Of a stretch of DNA of 64,000 bases, positions 29,258-42,350 are shown piece by piece. The translations under genes were made by a program, and so were the position numbers. A model generated the notes under the pieces. It did not search any database. It saw only the letters and a list, made by a program, of their open reading frames with translations, and was not told the origin of the DNA. The DNA comes from Selaginella moellendorffii (Eukaryota > Plantae > Lycopodiophyta), in NCBI RefSeq assembly GCF_000143415.4, contig NW_003314298.1, forward strand, positions 1,019,027-1,083,026, read 5' to 3'. The number at the start of each line of letters is the position of its first letter. The stretch's first letter is position 1.

Positions 29258-29511
29258 GGTCAAAATTAGGGCAACGGTGGGACCCATTGGACCAGGACTG
29301 GTGGAAAGTTCCACATGTCAGAAAAACAAAATGGTAGTCAATGGCGCGCTTTGACATTTCTTTCGTCTTTGTTGACTTGGGCTTGTTTTTCCACGCTTCT
29401 CTCTACCACGTGTCACGCCGGTATTCGCAAAGCCCCCATTTTAATGTGAGGTTTTACCCTGCGCGTGGGTTGTTGTTTGGCAGAAAATGCGGGCAGTGGA
29501 GTGAGGGTCAA
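29258..29511. promoter_or_regulatory. W-box cluster (plus G-box) upstream of the WRKY gene
   Basis: TTGAC(C/T) on either strand at 29258-29263, 29336-29341, 29372-29377 and 29506-29511; CACGTG at ~29407. Confidence 0.55.
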
Positions 29512-29965
29512 GGCGCCGCGTTTACTTCGCTCTTCCTCTCCTAGGTCGGGATTGCCCCTCGCCTCGCCCCAAGATCTCTGCGCGAGAGAGGGATCGCGGG
29601 ACTGGCGCGCGGATCCGCGGCTGGAGTTTGGGATTCTTGGCGATTCTTGGCGATTTCTCGGCGGTTCTTGGCGGTTCTTAGCGATCCCTGGTGGATAATC
29701 TCTCTCCGGTGAGTGATCCTTGTGATCTAGGCCGCGGTAGCTCGATATTTCGGTGTGTGCTGAGAGATCTGGAGTGTTCTCGCCTGGCGTGTGTGTTTTG
29801 GGGGATTCTTGGCGTGTTCTTGGTCTTCTCTCGTATGTTTCCTCGCATTCTTGGGGATTTCGAAGCGCCGGAAATTTCTATAGCTTTTGGATGCTTGTTG
29901 ACATTCCTGGGTTGGAAGTCTTGGCGATTAAGTCCACTTATTAACTTAAATTCCTTGCAGAAACC

Positions 29966-31020
29966 ATGGATGTGGATGTTTTACACTATGGAGGCGGCAG
30001 CCATAGCCATACCAGGGATCACTATGTCCAAGTAGCGGCAAAAGCTGGCCTGGAGAACGTCCATCGATTGATCGACATTCTCTCCAGAGACAAGCCTCCG
30101 GTGTTACAGGAAGACAGCAGCCTCGCAGCGTCCTCGGCAATGTTGCAGTTCAAAAAGGTGAATTCGCTCTTGAGTCGGACTGGGCACGCTCGTTTCAGGA
30201 AAGGGCCAACACAACCCAACGCAATGACCACCTCGGTTTTCCTGGTGAATCACTCCTCCAAGGACGAGCAGCCGGAGAGCATTCAGAAACTCGCCAAAGA
30301 AGAGCCAGCAGCTGGGACGGAGCTCGCTCTTGGATCGATGTGCTTCAGCTCCGATAATTCCATGAGCTCCAGCCCGCCACCTTCGTCGTCCAGATCGTTC
30401 ATCTCGTCCCTGAGCCTCGAGGGGAGCGTCACAAACGGCGGGCTCTTCGAGAACAGCGTCACCAATGGGACCATTTTCAAGCCGGTTCCTCCCAAGAGCA
30501 GCCATCCCGTTGAAAAATGCTCGGCCGCGAGCATTCTCGACAAGTGTCGAAGCGTTGGCAAGTGCCATTGCTTCAAGCGCACCAGGTCAGTAGCATCTCT
30601 CAAAAAGTCCACCCTCCGTAGGAAAAAAAAATGTTTTTAGGTGGTGGCAGAGTTGACTAACGCACATCTCTTGCTCGTGCTTCCAGAAAGCTTAGAGTCA
30701 AGCGAGTGATCAGCGTGCCTGCCGTCAGCAACAAGATCGCTGACATTCCCCAGGACGAGTACTCTTGGAGAAAATATGGTCAGAAGCCGATCAAAGGCTC
30801 TCCACATCCAAGGTAAGCTCTTGGAGGACGAGATTCTCTCGTTTTCTCTTTTCCTTTAGTGAAGAACAAGTATAAACAAGCTTCTTGCAGGGGCTACTAC
30901 AAATGCAGCAGCTTGAGAGGCTGTCCCGCGCGAAAGCACGTAGAGCGGTGCCTGGACGATCCGACAATGCTGCGTGTGACGTACGAGGGAGAGCACAGTC
31001 ATGGCGTGCAACCACGGTAG
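29966..31020 (+). CDS. Group IId WRKY transcription factor; exons 29966-30585, 30687-30812, 30891-31020
   Basis: C-motif/[24 protein letters not shown]; zinc cluster KCHCFKR; [16 protein letters not shown]|[26 protein letters not shown] with the conserved PR intron. Confidence 0.95.
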
Positions 31021-31199
31021 ACTTTAATTTCTTTTTTTTTCGTTCTTCTCGGAAGCGAGCTTCACTTGGTTGAGTTCTCTTCTGGGATGTACATAACATA
31101 CAAATCAACTTATTGGCCACAGCATTTACAGCGAAAAACTTACAACACTATTCTAAATGAATTAGAGTCTGAGCGACGCTTCTATCAGCAGTGACTCGC

Positions 31200-31560
31200 G
31201 ATTGGAATGCCACCACGCGGCAACTCCATCGCCATCTTCCAGATGATGGACGAGATCACATTCACGGGAATTCTCTCGTCGTGCACCGCTTGGATGACTT
31301 CGCTGCGATCTTGCAGCACTCATGGTGATGCTCACTACACCGAGATAGCGGCGGATCGAGCAGCGATGCTAGACTCAACTCTTAAGCGATGCCTCGTCAG
31401 GCATCACACCGCAGAGAAGCGTCTCGTGGTAAAGGCCTCGAAGCCGTCAGTTTGGACCATAGCATTCCATGAAACAATCTCCCCCTTTGGAAGAGATTCG
31501 AACATCTCACGTGCTTTTCCATGAATCCTTGACCTGGCCATCCAGCCATGGAGCTGCACC
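31200..31560. pseudogene. PPR fragments in both orientations
   Basis: + strand: SIAIFQMMDEITFTGILSSC. - strand: GKAREMFESLPKGEIVSWNAMV. Confidence 0.55.
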
Positions 31561-32785
31561 ATACATTTGGTGCTATGGTGCAATTTATCCTTCATTGTTT
31601 TTTAAAATAATGAACAACAAGTTCCTACTTTTGGACTAAAAATCGCAATCTGAGTATATCTTTTAAGCTAAATCCCTAAGAGAAATTTAGATTGCAAGTA
31701 TATATATATAGAAAAAATAGAAGCTTCATCGTGCATCCTCGTGGTCCACTTGAACAAGAAACTGGCGCGTCTTCCGAAAATACTGCATTTCGTTTCCCAT
31801 ATACTCCATCTTTATTATTCTTGTATTGCTGCCATGGAAACGTCTCTTTTGGAACACACGACCACAACCTGTAGCTTGATCTCGTCAACACAGTATCCAC
31901 CATTTCTAAGACACTCGCTTTAAAGACTTTAAAACCGTGTTTTCCATCCAGTCTCTTGGGAAGTCTCAGCACCAGAGGTTCCGTTGTTGCAAACTTGCTT
32001 GAAAATAAAATCACCACCCTCCAACAACAGCCTATCATAAAGCTTCCACCCAAGAGCAGCTGAATGTTTCTTTCAGGAATTCCACCACAAGCACAGCTCC
32101 AGCAAGCATATACTGATTCCCAAGCAAAACCTCACTTGCAAACTGAAATTACAACCACAAAGATGGCCGTGATTGTAGTGCAAGGTATATTCGTGGATTT
32201 TTTATAGTAATACTTAACTTATCACCGTTTTTTTTAAGGCTCGAAATTAAGGTACAAATTATTTAAGCTATTTGTAAATGAGTTATGCTAGATCAATAGA
32301 CATAGAGACATTGCAGTCCAAAGTTTACAATGGATGTCAGAAATCAATAATCAATGGCTCATGAGATCATCAAAACATGGACAACAATTTCAACAGCTTT
32401 CATGAAGCCAGGTCATCAGTATTATGCTACAACTTACTATAATCTGTTGGTCTTATGCTTCATGGTGGGTGTCATGAAACCTTATAAACAGTTAATGAAT
32501 GAATGAATGAATGAATAATACTCTAAAATGTAAATACCTTAATACTCTAAATTTATGGGTGAGCAGCACATGCTCATTCATTAAATTGACAAGTTGAAGG
32601 TTTCATTTTCCTAGCTAGTAAACAATAGAGAGGCTCACTGCTGACTGATTAGGGGTGGGTCAATCACCATAGACCATATGGAATGACCCACCCCCAATTG
32701 GACAGTTGCAATGACCCACCCACAATTGTAGGGACTTTCAAAACAAAAGTATATATTTGCAATTTTGATTATATTTTAATCATTT

Positions 32786-33800
32786 TGTGAGGTTGAAGTG
32801 TACAGTTATAATGTTGTATATTAATATTAGTGTAGTAGGATTTCAAATAGGATTAGTTTCAAACCAGACCACTCACTGTTATATATAAATTATAATTTTT
32901 GGGTTAATTTATATGCACATTTCTGTATTCTATTTTCATATTTCATGCATTAACATTGGTGGAGGTGAAGAGCTTGAGGAGTGCTTGAATTTAGGATTTT
33001 AATTTAGATTTAGCTTTTGCATTGTCTAGATCTTCCTCTCCTTATATCTTTTTTAATTTCTTCTCTTTTTCCTTTTCTTTTTCATTTATCTTCATAGTAG
33101 AGCAACAACTTTTTCTTCTTTTGACTTTAGAGCAGTAATTGGTGCATTTACTCAATGTTATGTGGTTGCAATTAAATAATTAAATTGAAGTTGATAATAA
33201 AATTTATAATCTATAGTATAACTCCTCTTACTCTTGTTGCCAATCCTCATGTTTAGTAGGAGTTATTTTGTGGGAGTTTTGGGGATGATATGCATTATTA
33301 ATTTGATCACTTTATATTGATTGTAATATATCATTCTTAGAATGATACTTGGTATTTATATGAATTTCCCACATGTCTCCAAGGGATTACAATGATACAA
33401 TAGTTTAAGTGCAACCACTTGTAAAGATTAGAGCATTCTTTTGGAAGTCTTTAAATATACATTTGGATATGTTGATAATTATAATGATACCTTCTAACAA
33501 TTTCATCATTTTCATCAAAAACCATCTAAATCCGTGATGCAATTTGGCATTTTTTTTTCAAAGCTTCCTACTTTGTATAGAGCTAAATATGTTAGAGTGG
33601 ATCAAGTTGGGAGTATTGTGGCTAATGCTTTATCAAAATTATGTAGGACTTTTGCATACATTTGCTCTAACCACTTTTAACAATGCATTCAATCTTCTAT
33701 TTCTATGTTCCTATCATCCTTGTCCATTTTCTTGGTTATAAGCCATTAATTTTTCCACTTTTTGTTGCACGTCTTTCAACTCCCTTTTCTATGAGAGATG
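32786..33800 (+). mobile_element. Second, more decayed copy of the short-LTR retroelement (LTR 32786-32955, PBS 32957-32964, gag relic)
   Basis: Colinear with the reverse complement of ~2400-3386 (TGTGAG start, TATATA, ...CA TTGGTGGAG, then gag leader); differences are mostly transitions. Confidence 0.7.
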
Positions 33801-33859
33801 TGTGAGACACAAATCCCTAAACCCCAAAATGAAGCTGAAAATGTGCCATATAACAATGG

Positions 33860-35520
33860 TTAAAGTAGAAGTCTAACAAGAGTATCAAATTAGTCAATAG
33901 TAAATATAGTCAGATTGAAGTGCAGTACCAATATGCAAAAGTCAACTTGTTTCCCTTTGCCATAGTAGTGCTTTCTCAACAGCTGGCCTGAGTACCAAGG
34001 TGTGCTTCTTTGTTACAGTTACTTGATATATACTTCCATTGACAATGAAATCCCACTCCACATTCCTAGTTGAGAAAGGCTTGAAGAGTGCATTCTTATG
34101 GTCTAACAGAATATGTTGTGGAAAGACAACCTGATGTCCACCTCCTCTATGTTCCAGATGAAACCTTGGAACAACCTTAAGGGCGTCCAAATTTCCCATC
34201 TTGTTGCAACTCCTTGTACTGTAGCTTGCCACCCATGGGAATGAGTATGTTGCAAAATAAATTCTCTAGCAGCTTTCCCTGGATATCCCGGATACCATCT
34301 GGTTGCTCCACCGACAAAAAATGCTTCAATCCTGGTATTAGGAGATTTGACAACAGTTGCTCTTCGACATAGGCACTGGCGGGAACCAAACGGAAAGACG
34401 TGAACGTGTTCTCATCAACAACCATATGAAATGCCTTGTGAGTTGGATCTGGCAGTGCCTGAAGATTTCTAATCTTGTCAAAATCTCTGACCAGTACCAT
34501 GGCATGGCTTATCTTTGCCTAGGCCTCCGGCCCCACCTTCGGCAGCACGTACCAAGGCGTACCACCCCACTTCAGGAAGTGTTTCCCCACTTCCTCTTGT
34601 CCGAAGTTCTGCTCGTTGAGGGCCAGAAGCTCATCTTCTGTCCAGATGGGATCGAACAGCATGTGCACGTTGCCAGCATTTGCAAACTCGTTGTAATTGC
34701 CCTCATTCAGTGAGCATGTGAGCAAAAACCTGCAGTACAAACTCCAATCACAGCTCGGTATGAACATATCGGCCAGATACCACCAGGGTGCCCCTTCACC
34801 ACCGTCACTTAATGTATTCAGGACCTCCCTGTGCTCTTCCACTTTAAGTTGGTCGTTCTTCCAAGTGACAAATACGTAGTCATCCATGAGCTTTATGATG
34901 ATGTTGTGCCTCTTGGCTAGTAGTTTCCACAGTGACAGCCACAAAAACCCCGTCTATGCTTTATTTCGTTAAAGTGGAATTTTTCATTATCCCACTTATG
35001 GTGTGTGGCCACATGCCATTTTTATAACAACAATAAAAAATTGAAGTTTTAGCTTTATAATTTATAAATTAAAAACTTTTCATATGATTTTGTGTTATAA
35101 TATTGTGAAATATAAAAAATAAATTAAAAAACTGATAGAAATATTAATAAATATTAATTAAGCATTAGGAAATAGCATGTGGACACATGCTAATTAATGT
35201 CCCACTTTATTGAATAAGTTCCACTTTAACGAAATAAAGCATGTCTTCCCTATCCCTGGATTCCCCAGCAAGACTACTCCTGCCTTACGAGCATTTATGT
35301 TCTTCGCCTCAACCTCATTGTGCACCCACACGAGATTAAAGATGGGATCGTAGCAGCTGCGGACTAGAAGTTTCCGGTTCAGTTTCCCCACAGACCACCA
35401 GCCTTCACTAAGAGCGTCAGGCAGATCCAAAAACTTGGCCTGTGCAAGGGAACCTTGACTTGACTGCAAACTTCGACCTTAAGCTGGGTGCTTATAACTC
35501 TTACCAGATCCCGTTTAAAA
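33860..35520 (-). pseudogene. Crinkler/RHS-like (CR) P-loop NTPase pseudogene, interrupted by a MITE
   Basis: RKLLVRSCYD, Walker A GNPGIGKT, WYLAD, FDPIWTEDEL and FLKWGGTPWYVL; stops and frameshifts. Confidence 0.7.
34956..35242. mobile_element. 287-bp MITE with 24-bp perfect TIRs and 4-bp TSD
   Basis: TIRs ATGCTTTATTTCGTTAAAGTGGAA / TTCCACTTTAACGAAATAAAGCAT; GTCT at 34952-34955 and 35243-35246. The paralog at ~36235 has no insert at the equivalent site. Confidence 0.9.
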
Positions 35521-36079
35521 TGGTGCGGCTGTACATTTCTCCAAATTAATCTAGGGTTACAGGGGATTTTCTAATGATGCCCGGAGGGATCTGTGAACGG
35601 GCATTTGCAGTTGGGATCAGAATTCCTTGGGTAAGCTTGGTTGGGCAAAGCACTACAAAATCCCATACTACACAATATTATAAAATAACCTTACTGGATA
35701 AATTGATTTTTAGCCAGCTGCAATCTTTCATGAAAAATATATAAAGATTGATAATACGATGGAAGAACCAGATACATCTTTTCTTCCTTAACAATAATAA
35801 TGTTAATATATGTGTTTAAATATGTTGGCTTTGGTCTCTATTGAAGACCAAGCAAACGATTTTAGCTGCGTTTTAATTATAGAATCGGATTTAGTTACCC
35901 TCCATCCAATGACCGCCCACAAAGTTAGGCAACCATCACAACAAAAAAAAAAATCACTTTCACGATTGCTATGGAGGGCAAGGCGCAAGTGTGGCTATGG
36001 ATAGAGGTCACCCCTAGCAAGAGCATGACTCTCACCTAAGCTCACTTTCCACCGCCTAAGCCCTAAGACATTAAAAAAT

Positions 36080-37449
36080 GTGGCGATGGTGCCGACGCGC
36101 TCCGCGAAGAGAAAGCTTCTAATCCGCAGCTGCTAGGATCCCATCTTTAATCTCGTTTGGGAGCACAATGAGGTGGAAGCGGAGAGCTTGGACGTTCCTA
36201 ATGCAGGAGTAGTCTTGCTGGGGAATCCAGGGATAGGGAAGACGGGTGGCTGTCACTGTGGAAACTGCTGGCCAAGAGGTGCAACATCATCATAAAGCTC
36301 CCTACTATGGTATTTGTCACTTGGAAGGACGACCAGCTTAAAGTGGAAGGGCACAGTGAGGTCCCGAATACATTAAATGATGTGGTATGGTGGTACCTGG
36401 CTGATACGTTCATACCGAAAAGGGACTGGAGTTTGTACTGCAGGTTTTTGGTCACGTGCTCACCGAAGAAGGCCAATTACTACGAGTTTGCTAAGACCGG
36501 CAACGTGCGCATGCTGTTCGATCCCGTCTGGACAGAAGATGAGCTTCAACGAGCACAACTTCGGACGTGATCCAGAGGAAGTGCGGAAACGCTTCCTCAA
36601 ATGGGGTGGTATGCCTCGGTACGCGCTGGAGAAGGTGTGGCCGGAAGCGCAGGCAGAGATAAGCGGAAATTGACAAGATTATAAAGCTCCAGGCACTGCC
36701 AGACGATCCAGCTCGCAGGGCGTTTCATACAGTTGTTGACGAGACGTTCACATTTTCCCGTTTGGCTCCTGCCAGTGCATACGTTGAAGAGCAACTGCTG
36801 TCAAATCTCCCATTACCCGGATTGAAGCGTTTCTTGTCAGTGGAGCAACCAGATGGTATCCGGAATATCCAGGCAAAGCTCCTAGAGTGCTTTGTTTGCA
36901 ACGTACTCATTCCCAGGGGTGGCACAGTACAGGGAGCTGCAACAAGATGGGGAATTTGAACCTGTTTTGGCAGGGAGCTTCCCTAAGGTTGTTCCAAGGT
37001 ATCATCTGGAACGTAGAGGAGGTGGACACGAGGCTGTCTTTCTGATGCAGATTCTATTAGACCATAAGAATGTGCTCTTCAAGCCTTCTTCAGCCAGGAA
37101 TGCGGAGTGGGATTTCATCGTCAATGGAAGTATATATCAGGTAATTGTAACAAAGAAGCACGCCTTGGTACTCAGGCCAGCTGTTGAGAAAGCACTGGAC
37201 TTCCTCCATGTTTACTATGGCAAAGGGAAACAAGTGGACTTCTGCATACTGGTACCGCACTTCAATTGGACATTGACTGGTTCGATACCATCAAGCTGGA
37301 AAAGAGACAGAACAAACCTTAATAATAAGAACGAAGGGCCCAGACCCAAGCAGCCATCCGATCCCGGGCCTGGGGCAACCTTGGAAGCCATGGTTCTCTG
37401 GGAGGGGAGTCCACCCCAGGCCCGGGCCAAGGTTGGTGGCCATGGTTAG
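36080..37449 (+). pseudogene. Inverted paralog of the Crinkler/RHS-like NTPase(-nuclease) gene
   Basis: GNPGIGKT, CSPKKANYYEFAK, FDPVWTEDEL, RFLKWGGMPRYAL; C-terminal KPSSARNAEWDFIVNGSIYQV resembles a restriction-endonuclease-like motif; frameshifts. Confidence 0.7.
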
Positions 37450-37799
37450 CTGAAATATGGGCTCAATGTTGTGGCGGCTAATGGGCAGGATGCACGTGTG
37501 GTTGGGAAGAGAAGAGGGCATGGTGACAGGTGTTACACCATGCACTCCTAAGGCTCCATAGCTGCTCTGCTTGCTCGTGGTGCACAGCATTTGCTAGGCA
37601 AGTACTCGTGGTTGATGAAATGATGTACAGAATCAAGAAGCTGAACGTCAAGGTGAAGTTAGTGTTGCTAGACATTGGTGGCATTTGCCCGGCTTGCATA
37701 GGGACAGGTGTCACTGTTAAAGGAGACCACCAGGATGATATCATGTCTTTTATGTGCATGTCTAGGACTTAATACTCAAAGGCTATGTAGGACATCCAT

Positions 37800-38484
37800 C
37801 CGGGCATGCACGATGATAATGGATGAGACATATGCGATTCAATGAGATGGTTTTCAGACTGTGGTATTGTGCCCGGGATTGAGCAATTGCATGATTAGGA
37901 AAGAACTTATCGAGACCATGCCCTATGAGCAGGAAGCAAGAATTTGGATGACTTTTTTCTCTTCCTGCAGGAAGCATATAAATGCTGAACACGGAAAATA
38001 CGCTGCAGAGCAGATATTTACCATTGACCTAAATAATGGCACCCCGTACATTATCCTTCTAGAGATATATGGGAAAAGTGGAAGGATAGATGAAATTGCT
38101 AGGCTGAGAAAGATGGTGAAAGAGAAGGGCTTGAAGAAGCTTGGAGCTGTCCAAGTTGGTGGAAAGATGCACCCATTTCGTGTGGGGGATTGGTCTCATC
38201 CTAATATAAAAGAAATACAAGGTGAGCTCACGAGGTTGGTTGTGAAAGAACTTTTGGCACGCCAATTGCAACAAAGAGAAGGTTGCAATTGCCTATCATT
38301 GCTTCAAGAATCTCACAAACCGAATGTTCTTGTCAGTAATAACATATGGATGTGCAGAGTGATTGCCATGCCTCAGCAAAAGTGATTTCTGAAAAGAAAG
38401 AGGATCTTGGTCAAGATGGTCAGCAACTTCACTGTTTCAAAGGAGGTTGTTCAGCAACTTCACTGTTCTTGTGATGCATGGTAA
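37800..38484 (+). pseudogene. PPR E/E+/DYW-domain pseudogene fragment
   Basis: ELIETMPYEQEARIWMTFFSSCRKH, PYIILLEIYGKSGR, HPFRVGDWSHP, then frameshifted DCH..K and CSCDAW* remnants. Confidence 0.8.
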
Positions 38485-39730
38485 TTTTTGCTGTTTTATG
38501 TTCCACAATATATTTTAAATTTTATAAAGTTCAGTTTTGACAATCAAATGCTAAATTTGCCCAGTGGGTGGCTGTCGTAAACAGCAGATTGTAGCCAGGT
38601 CTCGAGAATTTTTACTCTCTGCGACCTATAATATTGAGAATAAGTGACAAAACACGTCACGGACTCCATTCTCGGTTGTTGCAGCATCCGACTCCTTACT
38701 CTCACCTCAATTCACTGGCCAGGTGCTCAATGGCGAGCACTTGCATTTGTTCAGAACTGGTGATGATCCTTGACATGGACCTCGACACTGGGCCTGGACT
38801 TACGTGAAATTCTCAAGACAACTTGGAATTCTGAACATGGAAAGCACTCCAGTGGTGCTTCATGTGCACCACTGAAAACGTCTTCTACAACATCCACATT
38901 TGCCACTGTCAACTTGCGGTTTTAAAGTATACAACCGCCAAGGAACAGGAGGATCCTTGGAACTTGCTGCATAGGCCGTCATCGCCTCCTCGTTGAACTT
39001 GGCTGGCAGGTTAAACCCCACTTTTGCCCGACGTGTCTCGAGAAAGTCAAAGATGTCGACCATGTTATCAACATGTGCCCCACATACAATCACACGCCAG
39101 TGCAATGGGGGTCAAATTTGCATGTCTGTGCTCTGTGCCAGGGCAACCATCATCCAGTTTGCACACCATAACCCCACTGCTCTAATGTGGGAGGGGGTGC
39201 GGCAAAACCATGTAAACATGAATGAATGAATAATTGGGTAGAATCACTATTTATCTGCTAGAGCTTGATGGGGGTCGGATAAATTTTGGTTGCAAAACCA
39301 CATATGCAAAGATCTACTAATTTATGTAAACCTAGTTGACAATATAAACTTTGAGAAGCTGAGCAAATTAAATATATAATATATATCTCTTTTCTCTTTT
39401 CTTGTGTGGCACCTAGCTCTCCACTTCTTTTCAACCTGTCGGAAAGAAGTGTAAAATTAGGTGTCACATAGGAGAGAGAGAAAAGAGATATGTATTAAAT
39501 TTTAAAGATACGGCGAAATAATACAATTTATTATTACAATTAATTAAGAGGGACTGAAGTGCAGGAAAAAATTAAAACGTGGTGTAAATTTGTAATTTTA
39601 ATCATGTAATATTTTTTTGTAATGCAAGCCTAAATCAAAATTATTAACATTTGCACACTCGTTTGCGGTTCGAATCTCCCGCGACACCTCTTACTGGGAG
39701 CCGAGAGGTTTTGTTTTCGTCGCTCCAGCC

Positions 39731-41827
39731 ATGCTTGTCGAGTATGGCTCCTCCTCCGAATCCGAGGACGAGTACGATGACTCGCTATCCTTCTCTTTCG
39801 ATGTTGAGGACGGTTACAAGGTATTGGATTCTCCCTTGTATTCTTGCCCTCTTTTCAATCTCTTTTTCACGATCAGATGGCTGACGACACCGCGAGCAGC
39901 GCGATCCCTCGATCCAGCAGAAACGAGCTGCGGGCGATGGGGTTCTCATCATCGCTCATCGATCGCGCCATGGAGATTTCGGGTAATCCTCAGCTTTTTT
40001 TCTTCCTGGAGCTTGACTCTTCTCTAGATTGCGGCAGTGTGGAGGATCTCGCGTCAAAGATCCTCGCAATGCAGGTAGGCTCCAGAGTGTTTTTTCCTTC
40101 CTTTTCGATGGACAAGGTGATCATCGCAGGAGCACACCTCTCTCGAAGATATTTTCAGGGGCAAACTTTCGGAAGAGATGATCGCGAACGCTCGCAAGGA
40201 ATGTGGTAAGCGAGCTTTTCTCTTACGTTGTTCTTTCTTTTCTTGTGCTTTGCAAGCGAAGCTTATGACTTACAGTCTTTTCCTCTATCTGTCTTTTTCA
40301 TAGGTGCCAATGCCCAAGACTCAGCCATAGCTGATTACATTTTTTCGCAGCATCCAGATCTGCTTCGAGCAGAGGTAAGTTCGCGACAACGTTTTAGTCG
40401 TTCTTCATTTTTGTTTTTTTGCGTAGGAGGCATCGGACAAACATCTACATGGTAGACTCAAATCCATGGGCTTTTCAGACGAGCAGATAGCTAATGCGCT
40501 CGGATTGTTCGGTAACCGATGATTATGCTTGCTACTTTTGCATTCATTGATTTCTGTAGGAAACGATGCGAAGCTCGAGGACGTCGTCGAGCATATCTTC
40601 GCCAAGGAAGCCGCACCACGGCTTGAAGAAAAACCAGACCTTGCAAGGATCTACCGAGAGTGGGACGAAGAATCAAGGCCAGGAAGCAGCAGCCGGAGAG
40701 TTGACACCACGGACGGGAAAAGGAAACGAGAAGACGATACCTTCTTCGCCAACTTCGACGACTTGGAGGACAACTTCGATGGCTTCCTGCCGGAGCAGCG
40801 AAACCAAGGCGATGGGATGGGCTTTGGCATACCGGGGCAGCCACCAAGATCAAGAACGCTGCCATCTTCTAGTCTCCCTCCACCGTTCTTCTACTTCGAG
40901 AACGTAGCGATCATGCCTCGCGGGAGCTGGGAGGACATCACCAGGTTTCTCGACGGCATCGAGCCAGAGCTCGTCAACTCCAAATGGTTTTGCGCTGCGT
41001 CCAGGCCGCGAGGCTACGTCCACAACCTCCCCGTCAAAGGAAGAAGAGCGCTGCCTCCGGGACCGATGACGATCCAGGAGCTCGTCCCAGGGATGGAGAA
41101 CGTCCGGCCGCCGTGGGACAAGCGCGTCAAGCTCAACTGCATCACCACCTCGAGCGACCGAGCTGCTCGCGTTCAGGCCAGCGCCGAGGCGTTCTACAAC
41201 GACGACGACGTCGATCCTCAAGTCTTCCTCGACATGAAGAGAGCCAACCTCGTCTGGCGCGGCCGGGGGATCCTGGCGCCGCTCGAAGTCCAGGAGCTGG
41301 AAGTAGTGCAAGGCTTCGACGTCGGGCACACGAGCTCCGGCCAGTCACCGGCCGAGCGGATCAAAGCTCTCGGGAACGCCATGCAAGTCCACACGGTGGC
41401 ATGGCATCTCTCGGTGCTGGCGGCGCTCTTCCCAACCGGTATCCGCGTCCTCTCGCTCTTCTCGGGGATCGGCGGCATCGAGGTGGCGTTGGAGAAGCTC
41501 GGTATTCCAATCAAGTTCCTCGTAAGCGTCGAAACCAACGCGGACTGCCACCGAGTTCTTCGCAGCTGGTGGCATAGAACCAGGCAGCGAGGAACACATA
41601 TCGTCTTGGGCGACGTGACGGAGCTGTCTCGAGAGAGGATCGAGGAGCTCGCTGCTCGAGCCGGGGGTGGCTTCGATCTGGTGGCCGGTGGAAGCCCGTG
41701 CAACAACTTCTCGGGTAACAACAGGACTTCTCGGACTGGGATCACTGGCGATAAGTCGCGGCTCTTCTTCGACTACGTGAGGATTCTCACCACGGTGAGA
41801 AGCATCATGGCCAAGTCGGCGTCGTGA
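39731..41827 (+). CDS. DRM2: DOMAINS REARRANGED METHYLTRANSFERASE (de novo DNA C5-methyltransferase), UBA exons plus catalytic exon
   Basis: UBA-like ELRAMGFSSSLIDRAM and RLKSMGFSDEQIANAL; permuted motif order FFYFENV...RPRGY...GNAMQ...LSLFSGIGG...GGSPCNN with intact catalytic Cys. The first exon (39731-39820) is inferred. Confidence 0.92.
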
Positions 41828-41849
41828 TCGAATCCACCAGGCAAGTTCT

Positions 41850-42350
41850 TTTTTGGTCGTGGTCTTTGCTACAAGATTTTCCTTTTTTCAGCATGGCTGC
41901 AAAATCGTTTTTTGATCTAACTTTGACAGATTTTCCGGCTTTGTGGCAATACTTTGATAACAAGATCTTTTCTTTGGTTTGATCTTCGAGATTCGGATTG
42001 ATCTGATCACAGAGACGCATAGAAAAGTCGTGTTTTCGTCCAGGCCGACTCTTTGACGAAATTTTCTTTTTTTTTCATCATGTGATCTTTGCAAAATCGT
42101 TTTATGATCATAGCGAATTTGACGCAATTTTCGCACTGAATCTTTTCTTTGGTTTGATCTTCAAGAATTTGATTGATGTGATCATAGAGACGCATGGACA
42201 AGTCGTGGGTTTTGCGAATCCAAGCGGTTCTTGACGAGATTTTCTTTTTCTCACCACGGCAAAGTCGCGATCCCTTCAGAAAAATCGTTTTTTGATCACT
42301 AGTAAACTAACATTAATTTTCGAGCTTGGTGACAAACTTTGATCACTAAA
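41850..42350. repeat. Degenerate ~190-bp tandem repeat (about 2.5 copies)
   Basis: AAAATCGTTTT..GATC recurs at ~41900, ~42092 and ~42281; TTTGGTTTGATCTTC and AGAGACGCAT..AAGTCGTG each recur. Confidence 0.75.

Noticed and set aside
38560-39230. Coding-like fragments (e.g. 38860-39105 on the - strand)
   Set aside because: No recognisable family or consistent exon structure.
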